Part shown: positions 24,501 through 39,500 of the stretch, one piece after another
Numbering within the stretch: the first letter of the stretch is position 1
Layout of the letters: every line of letters starts with the position of its first letter
DNA from: Eledone cirrhosa
Taxonomy: Eukaryota
DNA: 64,000 nt
Reading direction: 5' to 3'
Assembly: GCA_964016885.1 (NCBI GenBank)
Contig: OZ024741.1
Location: forward strand, 406,038,001-406,102,000
Position numbers and translations under genes: made by a program
Notes under the pieces: model-generated
Told to the model about the DNA's origin: nothing
What the model saw: only the letters and a program-made list of their open reading frames with translations
Database searches by the model: none

Positions 24501-27500
24501 TACCACACTATATATGTAGCTTGTGTAGCCTGTCATTGGGGTACCACACTAGATATGTAGCTGGTGTAGCCTGTCATTGGGGTACACCACTAGATGTGGA
24601 GCTGGTGTAACCTGTCATTGGGGTACCCTACTAGATGTGGAGCTGGTGTAGCCTGTCATTGGGGTACGCCACTTACTGTGGACTGGTGTAGCCTGTCATT
24701 GGGGTACACCTAGATGTGGAGCTGGTGTAACCTGTCATTGGGGTACCCCACTAGATATGTAGCTGGTGTAGCCTGTCATTGGGGTACACCACTAACTGTG
24801 GAGCTGGTGTAGCCTGTCATTGGGGTACCACACTATATATGTAGCTGGTGTAGCCTGCCATTGGGGTACCCCACTAGATGTGGAGCTGGTGTAGCCTGTC
24901 ATTGTGGTACCTCACTAGATGTAGAGCTGGTGTAGCCTGTCATTGGGGTACCCCACTGCATATGGAGCTGGTGTAGCCTGTCATTGGGGTACCTCACTTG
25001 ATGTGGAGCTGGTGGAGCCTGTCATTGGGTTACCACACTAACTGTGTAGCAGGTGTAGCCTGTCATTGGGGTGCCCCACTAACTGTGGAGCTGGTGTAGC
25101 CTGTCATTGGGGTACCCCACTAGATGTGGAGCTGGTGTAGCCTGTCATTTAGGTAACACACTAGATGTGGAGCTGGTGTAGCCTGTCATTGGGGTACCCC
25201 ACTAGATGTGGAGCTGGTGTAGCCTGTCAATGGGGTACCACACTAACTGTGGAGCTGGTGTAGCCTGTCATTGGGGTCCCACACTAGATGTGGAGCTGCT
25301 GTAGTCTTTCATTGGGGTACCACACTAGATGTGGAGCTGGTGTAGCCTGTCATTGGGGTAACATACTAGATGTGGAGATGGTGTAGTCTGTCATTGGGGT
25401 ACACCACTAACTGTGGAGCTGGTGTAGCCTGTCATTGGGGTACCACACTAGATGTGGAGCTGGTGTAGCCTGTCATTGGGGTACACCACTAACTGTGGAA
25501 CTGGTGTAGTCTGTCATTGGGGTACACCACTAGATGTGGAGCTGGTGTAGCCTGTCATTGGGGTACACCACTAACTGTGGAGCTGGTGTAGTCTGTCATT
25601 GGGGTACCCCACTAGATGTGGAGCTGGTGTAGCCTGTCATTGGGGTACACCACTAACTGTGGAGCTGGTGTAGCCTGTCATTGGGGTACACAACTAACTG
25701 TGGAGCTGGTGTAGCCTGACATTGGGGAACACCACTAGATGTGGAGCTGGTGTACCCTGTCATTGGGGTACACCACTAGATGTGGAGCTGGTGTAGCCTG
25801 TCAATGGGGTACCACACTAACTGTGGAGCTGGTGTAGCCTGTCATTGGGGTACCCCACTAGATATGGAGCTGGTGTAGCCTGTCATTGGGGTACACCACT
25901 AACTGTGGAGCTGGTGTAGCCTGTCATTGGGGTACACCACTAACTGTGGAGCTGGTGTAGCCTGTCATTGGGGTACACCACTAACTGTGGAGCTGGTGTA
26001 GTCTGTCATTGGGGTACACCACTAACTGTGGAGCTGGTGTAGTCTGTCATTGGGGTACACCACTAGATGTGGAGCTGGTGTAGCCTGTCATTGGGGTAAA
26101 CCACTAACTGTGGAACTGGTGTAGTCTGTCATTGGGGTACACCACTAACTGTGGAGCTGGTGTAGTCTGTCATTGGGGTAAACCACTAACTGTGGAACTG
26201 GTGTAGTCTGTCATTGGGGTACCCCACTAGATATGGAACTGGTGTAGCCTGTCATTGGGGTACACCACTAACTGTGGAGCAGGTGTAGTCTGTCATTGGG
26301 GTACACCACTAGATGTGGAGCTGGTGTAGCCTGTCATTGGGGTAAACCACTAACTGTGGAACTGGTGTAGTCTGTCATTGGGGTACACCACTAACTGTGG
26401 AGCTGGTGTAGTCTGTCATTGGGGTACACCACAAACTGTGGAGCTAGTGTAGTCTGTCATTGGGGTACACCACAAACTGTGGAGCTGGTGTAGCCTGTCA
26501 TTGGGGTACCACACTATATATGTACCTGGTGTAGTCTGTCATTGGGGTACACCACTAACTGTGGTTCTGGTGTAGTCTGTCATTGGGGTACACCACTAAC
26601 TGTGGAGCTGGTGTAGTCTGTCATTGGGGTACCACACTATATATGTACCTGGTGTAGTCTGTCATTGGGGTACACCACTAACTGTGGATCTGGTGTAGCC
26701 TGTCATTGAGGTAACACACAAGATGTGGAGCTGGTGTAGCCTGTCATTGGGGTACCCCACTAGATGTGGAGCTGGTGTAGCCTGTCATTGGTGTACCACA
26801 CTAGATGTGGAGCTGGTGTAGCCTGTCATTGGGGTACACCACTAGATGTGGAGCTGGTGTAGCCTGTCAATGGGGTACCACACTAACTGTGGAGCTGGTG
26901 TAGCCTGTCATTGGGGTACACCACTAGATGTGGATCTGGTGTAGCCTGTCATTGGGGTACCACACTAACTGTGGAGCTGGTGTAGCCTGTCATTGGGGTA
27001 CCACACTAGATGTGGAGCTGGTGTAGCCTGTCATTGAGGTACCACACTAGATGTGGAGCTGGTGTAGCCTGTCATTGGGGTACCACACTAGATGTGGAGC
27101 TGGTGTAGCCTGTCATTGGGGTACACCACTAGATGTGGATCTGGTGTAGCCTGTCATTGAGGTAACACACTAGATGTGGAGCTGGTGTAGCCTGTCATTG
27201 GGGTACCCCACTAGATGTGGAGCTGGTGTAGCCTGTCATTGGGGTACCACACTAGATATGTAGCTGGTGTAGCCTGTCATTGGGGAACACCACTAGATGT
27301 GGAGCTGGTGTACCCTGTCATTGGGGTACACCATTAGATGTGGAGCTGGTGTAGCCTGTCAATGGGGTACCACACTAACTGTGGAGCTGGTGTAGCCTGT
27401 CATTGGGGTACACCACTAACTGTGGAGCTGGTGTAGCCTGTCATTGGGGTACCCCACTAGATGTGGAGCTGGTGTAGCCTGTCATTGGGGTACACCACTA

Positions 27501-30500
27501 ACTGTGGAGTTGGTGTAGTCTGTCATTGGGGTACACCACTAACTGTGGAGCTGGTGTAGTCTGTCATTGGGGTACACCACTAGATGTGGAGCTGGTGTAG
27601 CCTGTCATTGCGGTAAACCACTAACTGTGGAGCTGGTGTAGTCTGTCATTGGGGTACACCACTAACTGTGGAGCTGGTGTAGTCTGTCATTGGGGTACCA
27701 CACTAGATGTGGAGCTGGTGTAGTCTGTCATTGGGGTACACCACAAACTGTGGAGCTGGTGTAGTCTGTCATTGGGGTACACCACTAACTGTGGAGCAGG
27801 TGTAGTCTGTCATTGGGGTACACCACTAACTGTGGAGCTGGTGTAGTCTGTCATTGGGGTACACCACAAACTGTGGAGCTGGTGTAGTCTGTCATTGGGG
27901 TACACCACAAACTGTGGAGCTGGTGTAGCCTGTCATTGGGGTAAACCACAAACTGTGGAGCTGGTGTAGCCTGTCATTGGGGTACACCACTAACTGTGGA
28001 GCTGGTGTAGTCTGTCATTGGGGTACACCACTAACTGTGGAGCTGGTGTAGTCTGTCATTGGGATACACCACTAACTGTGGAGCTGCTGTAGTCTGTCAT
28101 TGGGGTACACCACAAACTGTGGAGCTGGTGTAGCCTGTCATTGGGGTACCACACTATATATGTACCTGGTGTAGTCTGTCATTGGGGTACACTACTAACT
28201 GTGGAGCTGGTGTAGTCTGTCATTGGGGTACACCACTAACTGTGGAGCTGGTGTAGTCTGTCATTGGGGTACACCACTAGATGTGGAGCTGGTGTAGCCT
28301 GTCATTGGGGTACCACACTATATATGTACCTGGTGTAGTCTGTCATTGGGGTACACCACTAACTGTGGAGCTGGTGTAGTCTGTCATTGGGGTACCACAC
28401 TAGATGTGGAGCTGGTGTAGCCTGTCATTGGGGTACACCACTAGATGTGGAGCTGGTGTAGCCTGTCATTGGGGTACACCACTAACTGTGGAGCGGGTGG
28501 AGTCTGTCATTGGGGTACACCACTAACTGTGGAGCTGGTGTAGTCTGTCATTGGGGTACACCACTAAGTGTGGAGCTGGTGTAGCCTGTCATTGGGGTAC
28601 CACACTATATATGTACCTGGTGTAGTGTGTCATTGGGGTACACCACTAACTGTGGAGCTGGTGTAGCCTGTCATTGGGGTACCACACTAGATGTGGAGCT
28701 GGTGTAGCCTGTCATTGGGGTACACCACTAACTGTGGAACTGGTGCAGTCTGTCATTGGGGTACACCACTAGATGTGGAGCTGGTGTAGCCTGTCATTGG
28801 GGTACCACACTAGATGTGGAGCTGGTGTAGCCTGTCATTGGGGTACACCACTAACTGTGGAACTGGTGTAGTCTGTCATTGGGGTACACCACTAACTGTG
28901 GAGCTGGTGTATTCTGTCATTGTGGTACACCACTAACTGTGGAGCTGGTGTAGCCTGTCATTGGGGTACCCCACTAGATGTGGAGCTGGTGTAGCCTGTC
29001 ATTGGGGTACACCACTAACTGTGGAACTGGTGTAGTCTGTCATTGGGGTACCCCACTAGATGTGGAGCTGGTGTAGCCTGTCATTGGGGTACCCCACTAA
29101 CTGTGGAGCTGGTGTAGTCTGTCATTGTGGTACACCACTAACTGTGGAACTGGTGTAGCCTGTCATTGGGGTACCCCACTAGATGTGGAGCTGGTGTAGC
29201 CTGTCATTGAGGTAACACACTAGATGTGGAGCTGGTGTAGCCTGTCATTGGGGTACACCACTAACTGTGGAGCTGGTGTAGTCTGTCATTAGGGTACCAC
29301 ACTAGATGTGGAGCTGGTGTAGCCTGTCATTGGGGTACGCCACTAACTGTGGAGCTGGTGTAGCCTGTCATTGGGGTACCACACTAGATGTGGAGCTGGT
29401 GTAGCCTGTCATTGGGGTACACCACTAACTGTGGAGCTGGTGTAGCCTGTCATTGGGGTACCACACTAGATGTGGAGCTGGTGTAGCCTGTCATTGGGGT
29501 ACACCACTAACTGTGGAGCTGGTGTAGCCTGTCATTGGGGTACGCCACTAGATATGTAGCTGGTGTAGCCTGTCCTTGGGGTACCACACTAGATATGTAG
29601 CTGGTGTAGCCTGTCATTGGGGTAACCCACTAGATGTGGAGCTGGTGTAGCCTGTCATTGGGGTACACCACTAGATGTGGAGCTGGTGTAGCCGGTCAAT
29701 GGGGTACCACACTAACTGTGGAGCTGGTGTAGCCTGTCATTGGGGTACACCACTAGATGTGGACCTGGTGTAGCCTGTCATTGGGTTACACCACTAACTG
29801 TGGAGCTGGTGTAGTCTGTCATTGGGGTACACCACTAACTGTGGAGCTGGTGTAGCCTGTCATTGGGGTACCACACTATATATGTACCTGGTGTAGTCTG
29901 TCATTGGGGTACACCACTAACTGTGGAGCTGGTGTAGTCTGTCATTGGGGTACCACACTAGATGTGGAGCTGGTGTAGCCTGTCATTGGGGTACACCACT
30001 AACTGTGGGGCTGGTGTAGTCTGTCATTGGGGTACACCACTAACTGTGGAGCTGGTGTAGTCTGTCATTGGGGTACACCACTAACTATGCAGCTGGTGTA
30101 GGCTGTCATTGGGGTACCACACTAGATGTGGAGCTGGTGTAGCCTGTCATTGGGGTACACCACTAACTGTGGAGCTGGTGTAGTCTGTCATTGGGGTACC
30201 ACACTAGATGTGGAGCTGGTGTAGCCTGTCATTGGGGTACCACACTAGATGTGAAGCTGGTGTAGCCTGTCATTGGGGTACCCCACTAGATGTGGAGCTG
30301 GTGTAGCCTGTCATTGTGGTACACCACTAACTGTGGAACTGGTGTAGCCTGTCATTGGGGTACCACACTAGATATTGAGCTGGTGTAGCCTGTCATTGGG
30401 GTACCCCACTAGATGTGGAGCTGGTGTAGCCTGTCATTGAGGTAACACACTAGATGTGGAGCTGGTGTAGCCTGTCATTGGGGTACACCACTATCTGTGG

Positions 30501-33500
30501 AGCTGGTGTAGCCTGTCATTGGGGTACCACACTAGATGTGGAGCTGGTGTATCCTGTCATTGGGGTACCCCACTAGATGTGGAGCTGGTGTAGCCTGTCA
30601 ATGGGGTACCACACTAACTGTGGAGCTGGTGTAGCCTGTCATTGGGGTACACCACTAGATGTGGATCTGGTGTAGCCTGTCATTGGGGTACCACACTAAC
30701 TGTGGAGCTGGTGTAGCCTGTCATTGGGGTACCACACTAGATGTGGAGCTGGTGTAGCCTGTCATTGAGGTAACACACTAGATGTGCAGCTGGTGTAGCC
30801 TGTGATTGGGGTACCCCACTAGATATGTAGCTGGTGTAGCATGTCATTGGGGTACCACACTAGATATGTAGCTGGTGTGGCCTGTCATTGGGGAACCCCA
30901 CTAGATGTGGAGCTGGTGTAGCCTGTCATTGGTGTACACCACTAGATGTGGAGCTGGTGTAGCCTGTCATTGGGGTACCACACTAGATGTGGAGCTGGTG
31001 TAGCCTGTCAATGGGGTACCCCACTAAATGTGGACTGGTGTAGCCTGTCATTGGGGTACACCACTAGATGTGGAGCTGGTGTAACCTGTCATTGGGGTAC
31101 CCCACTAGATATGTAGCTGGTGTAGCCTGTCATTGGGGTACACCACTAACTGTGCAGCTGGTGTAGCCTGTCATTGGGGTACCCCAATAGATGTGGTGCT
31201 GGTGTAGCCTGTCATTGGGGTACCACATTATATATATAGCTGGTGTAGCCTGCCATTGGGGTACCCCAATAGATGTGGAGCTGGTGTAGCCTGTCATTGT
31301 GGTACCTTACTAGATGTAGAGCTGGTGTAGCCTGTCATTGGGGTTCCCCACTACATATGCAGCTGGTGTAGCCTGTCATTGGGGTACCTCACTAGATGTG
31401 GTGCTGGTGTAGCCTGTCATTAAGGTACCACACTAACTGTGTAGCAGGTGTAGCCTGTCATTGGGGTACCCCACTAACTGTGGAGCTGGTGTAGCCTGTC
31501 ATTGGGGTACCACACTAGATGTGGAGCTGGTGTAGCCTGTCATTGAGGTAACACACTAGATGTGGAGCTGGGGTAGCCTGTCACTGGGGTACCACACTAG
31601 ATGTGGTGCTGGAGTAGCCTATCATTGGGGTACCACACTAGATATGGAGCTGGTGTATCCTGTCATTGGGGTACCCCACTAGATATGGAGCTGGTGTAGC
31701 CTGTCAATGGGGTACCACACTAACTGTGGAGCTGGTGTAGCCTGTCATTGGGGTACACCACTAGATGTGGAGCTGTTGTAGCCTGTTAATGGAGTACCTC
31801 ACTAGATGTGGAGCTGGTAGAAACTGTCATTGGGGTACCCGACTACATGTGGAGCTGGTGTTGTCTGTCATTGGGGTACTCCACTATATGTGGAGCTGGT
31901 GTAGCCTGTCAATGGGGTCCCACACTAACTTTGGAGCTGGTGTAGGCTGTCACTGGGTACCTCACTAGATGTGGAGCTGGTGTAGACTGTCCTTAGGGTA
32001 CCCCTCTACATGTGGAGCTGGTGTAGTCTGTCATTGGCATACAACACTAGATATATACCTGGTGTAGTCTGTCATTGAGGTACCCCACTAGATGTGGAGC
32101 TGGCATAGCCTGTCATTGGGGTACACCACTAGATGTGGAGCTGGTGTAACCTGTCATTGGGGTACACCACTAGATGTGGAGCTGGTGTAACCTGTCATTG
32201 GGGTACCCCACTAGATATGGAGCTGGTGTAGCCTGTCATCGGGGTACCACACTAGCTGTAGAGCTGATGTAACCTGTCATTGGGGTACACCACTAACTGT
32301 GAAGCTGGTGTAGCCTGTCATTGGGGTACCCCACTAGCTGTGGTGCTGGTGTAGTCTGTCATTGGGGTACCACACTATATATATAGCTGGTGTAGCCTGT
32401 CATTGGGGTACCACACTAGATGTGGAGCTGGTGTAGCCTGTCATTGGTGTACACCACTAGATGTGGAGCTGGTGTAGCCTGTCATTGGGGTACCACACTA
32501 GATGTGGAGCTGGTGTAGCCTGTCAATGGGGTACCCCACTAAATGTGGACTGGTGTAGCCTGTCATTGGGGTACACCACTAGATGTGGAGCTGGTGTAAC
32601 CTGTCATTGGGGTACCCCACTAGATATGTAGCTGGTGTAGCCTGTCATTGGGGTACACCACTAACTGCGCAGCTGGTTTAGCCTGTCATTGGGGTACCCC
32701 ACTAGATGTGGTGCTGTTGTAGCCTGTCATTGGGGTACCACACTATATTTATAGCTGGTTTAGCCTGCCATTGGGGTACCCCACTAGATGTGGAGCTGGT
32801 GTAGCCTGTCATTGTGGTACCTTACTAGATGTAGAGCTGGTGTAGCCTGTCATTGGGGTTCCCCACTGCATATGGAGCTGGTGTAGCCTGTCATTGGGGT
32901 ACCTCACTAGATGTGGAGCTGGTGTAGCCTGTCATTAGGGTACCACACTAACTGTGTAGCAGGTGTAGCCTGTCATTGGGGTACCCCACTAACTGTGGTG
33001 CTGGTGTAGCCTGTCATTGGGGTACCACACTAGATGTGGAGCTGGTGTAGCCTGTCATTGAGGTAACACACTAGATGTGGAGCTGGTGTAGCCTGTCACT
33101 GGGGTACCACACTAGATGTGGTGCGTGTGTAGCCTATCATTGGGGTACCACACTAGATGTGGAACTGGTGTAGCCTGTCAATGGGGTACCACACGAACTG
33201 TGGAGCTGGTGTATCCTGTCATTGGGGTACCCCACTAGATATGGAGCTGGTGTAGCCTGTCAATGGGGTACCACACTAACTGTGGAGCTGGTGTAGCCTG
33301 TCATTAGGGTACCACACTAGATGTGGAGCTGGTGTAGCCTGTCATTGGGGTACACCACTAACTGTGGAGCTGGTGTAGCCTGTCATTGGGGTACCACACT
33401 AGATGTGGAGCTGGTGTAGTCTGTCATTGGGGTACACCACTAACTGTGGAGCTGGAGTAGCCTGTCATTGGGGTACGCCACTAGATATGTAGCTGGTGTA

Positions 33501-36500
33501 GCCTGTCATTGGGGTACACCACTAACTGTGCAGCTGGTGTAGCCTGTCATTGGGGTACACCACTAGATGTGGAGCTGGTGTAGCCTGTCATTGGGGTACC
33601 ACACTAGATGTGGAGCTGGTGTAGTCTGTCATTGGGGTACCACACTAGATGTGGAGCTGGTGTAGCCTGTCATTGGGGTACCACACTAGATGTGGAGCTG
33701 GTGTAGTCTGTCATTGGGGTACACCACTAGATGTGGACCTGGTGTAGCCTGTCATTGGGTTACACCACTAACTGTGGAGCTGGTGTAGCCTGTCATTGGG
33801 GTACACCACTAACTGTGGAGCTGGTGTAGCCTGTCATTGGGGTACCACACTATATATGTACCTGGTGTAGTCTGTCATTGGGGTACACCACTAACTGTGG
33901 AGCTGGTGTAGTCTGTCATTGGGGTACCACACTAGATGTGGAGCTGGTGTAGCCTGTCATTGGGGTACACCACTAACTGTGGGGCTGGTGTAGTCTGTCA
34001 TTGGGGTACACCACTAACTGTGGAGCTGGTGTAGTCTATCATTGGGGTACCACACTAGATGTGGAGCTGGTGTAGCCTGTCATTGGGGTACCACACTAGA
34101 TGTGAAGCTGGTGTAGCCTGTCATTGGGGTACACCACTAACTGTGGAGCTGGTGTAGTCTGTCATTGGGGTACCACACTAGATGTGGAGCTGGTGTAGCC
34201 TGTCATTGGGGTACCACACTAGATGTGAAGCTGGTGTAGCCTGTCATTGGGGTACCCCACTAGATGTGGAGCTGGTGTAGCCTGTCATTGTGGTACACCA
34301 CTAACTGTGGAACTGGTGTAGCCTGTCATTGGGGTACCACACTAGATATGGAGCTGGTGTAGCCTGTCATTGGGGTACCCCACTAGATGTGGAGCTGGTG
34401 TAGCCTGTCATTGAGGTAACACACTAGATATGGAGCTGGTGTAGCCTGTCATTGGGGTACACCACTATCTGTGGAGCTGGTGTAGCCTGTCATTGGGGTA
34501 CCACACTAGATGTGGAGCTGGTGTATCCTGTCATTGGGGTACCCCACTAGATGTGGAGCTGGTGTAGCCTGGCAATGAGGTACCACACTAACTGTGGAGC
34601 TGGTGTAGCCTGTCATTGGGGTACACCACTAGATGTGGATCTGGTGTAGCCTGTCATTGGGGTACCACACTAACTGTGGAGCTGGTGTAGCCTGTCATTG
34701 GGGTACCACACTAGATGTGGAGCTGGTGTAGCCTGTCATTGAGGTAACACACTAGATGTGCAGCTGGTGTAGCCTGTCATTGGGGTACCGCACTAGATGT
34801 GGAGCTGGTGTAGCCTGTCAATGGGGTACCACACTAACTGTGGAGCTGGTGTAGCCTGTCATTGGGGTACCACACTAACTGTGGAGCTGGTGTAGTCTGT
34901 CATTGGGGTACACACTAGATGTGGAGCTGGTGTAGCCTGTCAATGGGGTACCACACTAACTGTGGAGCTGGTGTAGTCTGTCATTGGGGTACACACTAGA
35001 TGTGGAGCTGGTGTAGCCTGTCATTGGGGAACCCCACTAGATGTGGAGCTGGTGTAGCCTGTCATTGGGGTACACCACTAACTGTGGAGCTGGTGTAGCC
35101 TGTTAATGGAGTACCTCACTAGATGTGGAGCTGGTAGAACCTGTCATTGGGGTACCCGACTACATGTGGAGCTGGTGTTGTCTGTCATTGAGGTACCCCA
35201 CTATATGTGGAGCTGGTGTAGCCTGTCATTGGGGTACCCCACAAGATATGTAGCTGGTGTAGCATGTCATTGGGGTACCACACTAGATATGTAGCTGGTG
35301 TGGCCTGTCATTGGGGAACCGCACTAGATGTGGAGCTGGTGTAGCCTGTCATTGGTGTACACCACTAGATGTGGAGCTGGTGTAGCCTGTCATTGGGGTA
35401 CCACACTAGATGTGGAGCTGGTGTAGCCTGTCAATGAGGTACCCCACTAAATGTGGACTGGTGTAGCCTGTCATTGGGGTACACCACTAGATGTGGAGCT
35501 GGTGTAACCTGTCATTGGGGTACCCCACTAGATATGTAGCTGGTGTAGCCTGTCATTGGGGTACACCACTAACTGTGCAGCTGGTGTAGCCTGTCATTGG
35601 GGTACCCCACTAGATGTGGTGCTGGTGTAGCCTGTCATTGGGGTACCACACTATATATATAGCTGGTGTAGCCTGCCATTGGGGTACCCCACTAGATGTG
35701 GAGCTGGTGTAGCCTGTCATTGTGGTACCTTACTAGATGTAGAGCTGGTGTAGCCTGTCATTGGGGTACACCACTAGATGTGGACTGGTGTAGCCTCTCA
35801 TTGGGGTACCTCACTAGATGTGGAGCTGGTGTAGCCTGTCATTAGGGTACCACACTAACTGTGTAGCAGGTGTAGCCTGTCATTGGGGTACCCCACTAAC
35901 TGTGGAGCTGGTGTAGCCTGTCATTGGGGTACCACACTAGATGTGGAGCTGGTGTAGCCTGTCATTGAGGTAACACACTAGATGTGGAGCTGGGGTAGCC
36001 TGTCACTGGGGTACCACACTAGATGTGGTGCTGGTGTAGCCTATCATTGGGGTACCACACTAGATATGGAGCTGGTGTATCCTGTCATTGGGGTACCCCA
36101 CTAGATATGGAGCTGGTGTAGCCTGTCAATGGGGTACCACACTAACTGTGGAGCTGGTGTAGCCTGTCATTGGGGTACACCACTAGATGTGAGCTGGTGT
36201 AGCCTGTCATTGGGGTACCACACTAGATGTGGAGCTGGTGTAGCCTGTCATTGAGGTAACACACTATATGTGGAGCTGGGGTAGCCTGTCACTGGGGTAC
36301 CCCACTAGATGTGGTGCTGGTGTAGTCTGTCATTGGGGTACCACACTATATATATAGCTGGTGTAGCCTGTCATTGGGGTACCACACTAGATGTGGAGCT
36401 GGTGTAGCCCGTCATTGTGGTACCACACTAGATGTGAAGCTGGTGTAGCCTGTCATTGGGGTAGCCCACTAGATGTGGAGCTGGTGTAGCCTGTCATTGG

Positions 36501-39500
36501 GGTACACCACTAACTGTGGAACTGGTGTAGCCTGTCATTGGGGTACCACACTTGATGTGGAGCTGGTGTAGCCTGTCATTGGAGTACCCCACTAGATGTG
36601 GAGCTGGTGTAGCCTGTCATTGAGGTAACACACTAGATGTGGAGCTGGTGTAGCCTGTCATTGGGGTACACCACTATCTGTGGAGCTGGTGTAGCCTGTC
36701 ATTGGGGTACGACACTAGATGTGGAGCTGGTGTAGCCTGTCAATGGGGTACCCACTAACTGTGGAGCTGGTGTAGCCTGTCATTGGGGTACCACACTAGA
36801 TGTGGAGCTGGTGTAGCCTGTCATTGGGGTACCACACTAGATGTGGAGCTGGTGTAGCCTGTCATTGAGGTAACACACTAGATGCGGAGCTGGTGTAGCC
36901 TGTCATTGGGGTACACCACTAACTGTGGAGCTGGTGTAGCCTGTCATTGGGGTACCACACTAGATGTGGAGCTGGTGTAGCCTGTCAATGGGGTACCCAC
37001 TAACTGTGGAGCTGGTGTAGCCTGTCATTGGGGTACCACACTAACTGTGGAGCTGGTGTAGCCTGTCATTGGGGTACCGCACTAGATGTGGTGCTTGTGT
37101 AGCCTGTCAATGGGGTACCACACAAACTGTGGAGCTGGTGTAGCCTGTGATTGGGGTACCCCACTAGATATGTAGCTGGTGTAGCATGTCATTGGGGTAC
37201 CACACTAGATATGTAGCTGGTGTAGCCTGTCATTGCGGAACCCCACTAGATGTGGAGCTGGTGTAGCCTGTCATTGGGGTACACCACTAGATGTGGAGCT
37301 GGTGTAACCTGTCATTGGGGTACCCCACTAGATATGTAGCTGGTGTAGCCTGTCATTGGGGTACACCACTAACTGTGCAGCTGGTGTAGCCTGTCATTGG
37401 GGTACCACACTATATATATAGCTGGTGTAGCCTGCCATTGGGGTACCCCAGTAGATGTAGAGCTGGTGTAGCCTGTCATTGGGGTTCCCCACTGCATATG
37501 GTGCTGGTGTAGCCTGTCATTGGGGTACCTCACTAGATTTGGAGCTGGTGTAGCCTGTCATTAGGGTACCACACTAACTGTGTAGCAGGTGTAGCCTGTC
37601 ATTGGGGTACCCCACTAACTGTGGAGCTGGTGTAGCCTGTCATTGGGGTACCACACTAGATGTGGAGCTGGTGTAGCCTGTCATTGAGGTAACACACTAG
37701 ATGTGGAGCTGGTGTAGCCTGTCACTGGGGTACCACACTAGATGTGGTGCTGGCGTAGCCTATCATTGGGGTACCACACTAGATGTGGAGCTGGTGTAGC
37801 CTGTCAATGGGGTACCACACTAACTGTGGAGCTGGTGTATCCTGTCATTGGGGTACCCCACTAGATATGGAGCTGGTGTAGCCTGTCAATGGGGTACCAC
37901 ACTAACTGTGGAGCTGGTGTAGCCTGTCATTGGTGTACCTCACTAGATATGTAGCTGGTGTATCCTGTCATTGGGGTACCACACTAGATATGTAGCTGAT
38001 GTAGCCTGTCATTGGGGTACCCCACTAGATATGGAGCTGGTGTAGCCTGTCATTGGGGTACACCACTAGATGTGGTGCTGGTGTAGCCTGTCATTGGGGT
38101 ACCACACTATATGTGGAGCTGGTAGAACCTGTCATTGGGTTACCCGACTACATGTGGAGCTGGTGTTGTCTGTCATTGGGGTACCCCACTATATGTGGAG
38201 CTGGTGTAGCCTGTCAATGGGGTCCCACACTAACTTTGGAGCTGGTGTAGCCTGTCACTGGGTACCTCACTAGATGTGGAGCTGGTGTAGACTGTCCTTA
38301 GGGTACCCCACTACATGTGGAGCTGGTGTAGTCTGTCATTGGCGTACAACACTAGATATATACCTGGTGTAGTCTGTCATTGAGGTACCCCACTAGATGT
38401 GGAGCTGGCATAGCCTGTCATTGGGGTACACCACTAGATGTGGAGCTGGTGTAACCTGTCATTGGGGTACACCACTAGATGTGGAGCTGGTGTAACCTGT
38501 CGTTGGGGTACCCCACTAGATATGGAGCTGGTGTAGCCTGTCATCGGGGTACCACACTAGCTGTAGAGCTGATGTAACCTGTCATTGGGGTACACCACTA
38601 GATGTGGAGCTGGTGTAGCCTGTCATTGGGGTACCCCACTAGATGTGGTGCTGGTGTAGTCTGTCATTGGGGTACCACACTATATATATAGCTGGTGTAG
38701 CCTGTCATTGGGGTACCCCACTAGATGTGGAGCTGGTGTAGCCTGTCAATGGGGTACCCCACTAAATGTGGAGCTGATGTAACCTGTCATTGGGGTACCC
38801 TACTAGATGTGGAGCTGGTGTAGCCTGTCATTGGGGTACGCCACTAGATATGTAGCTGGTGTAGCCTGTCATTGGGGTACCACACTAGATATGTAGCTGG
38901 TGTAGCCTGTCATTGGGGTACACCACTAGATGTGGAGCTGGTGTAGCCTGTCATTGTGGTACACCACTAGATGTGGAGCTGGTGTAACCTGTCATTGGGG
39001 TACCCTACTAGATGTGGAGCTGGTGTAGACTGTCATTGGGGTACCCCACTAACTGTGGACTGGTGTAGCCTGACATTGGGGTACACCACTAGATGTGGAG
39101 CTGGTGTAACCTGTCATTGGGGTACCCCACTAGATATGTAGCTGGTGTAGCCTGTCATTGGGGTACACCACTAACTGTGGAGCTGGTGTAGCCTGTCATT
39201 GGGGTACCCCACTAGATGTGGTGCTGGTGTAGCCTGTCATCGGGGTACCACACTATATATATGTAGCTGGTGTAGCCTGCCATTGGGGTACCCCACTAGA
39301 TATGGAGCTGGTGTAGCCTGTCATTGTGGTACCTCACTAGATGTAGAGCTGGTGTAGCCTGTCATTGAAGTACCCCACTGCATATGGAGCTGGTGTAGCC
39401 TGTCATTGGAGTACCTCACTAGATGTGGAGCTGGTGTAGCCTGTCATTGGGGTACCACACTAACTGTGTAGCAGGTGTAGCCTGTCATTGGGGTACACCA

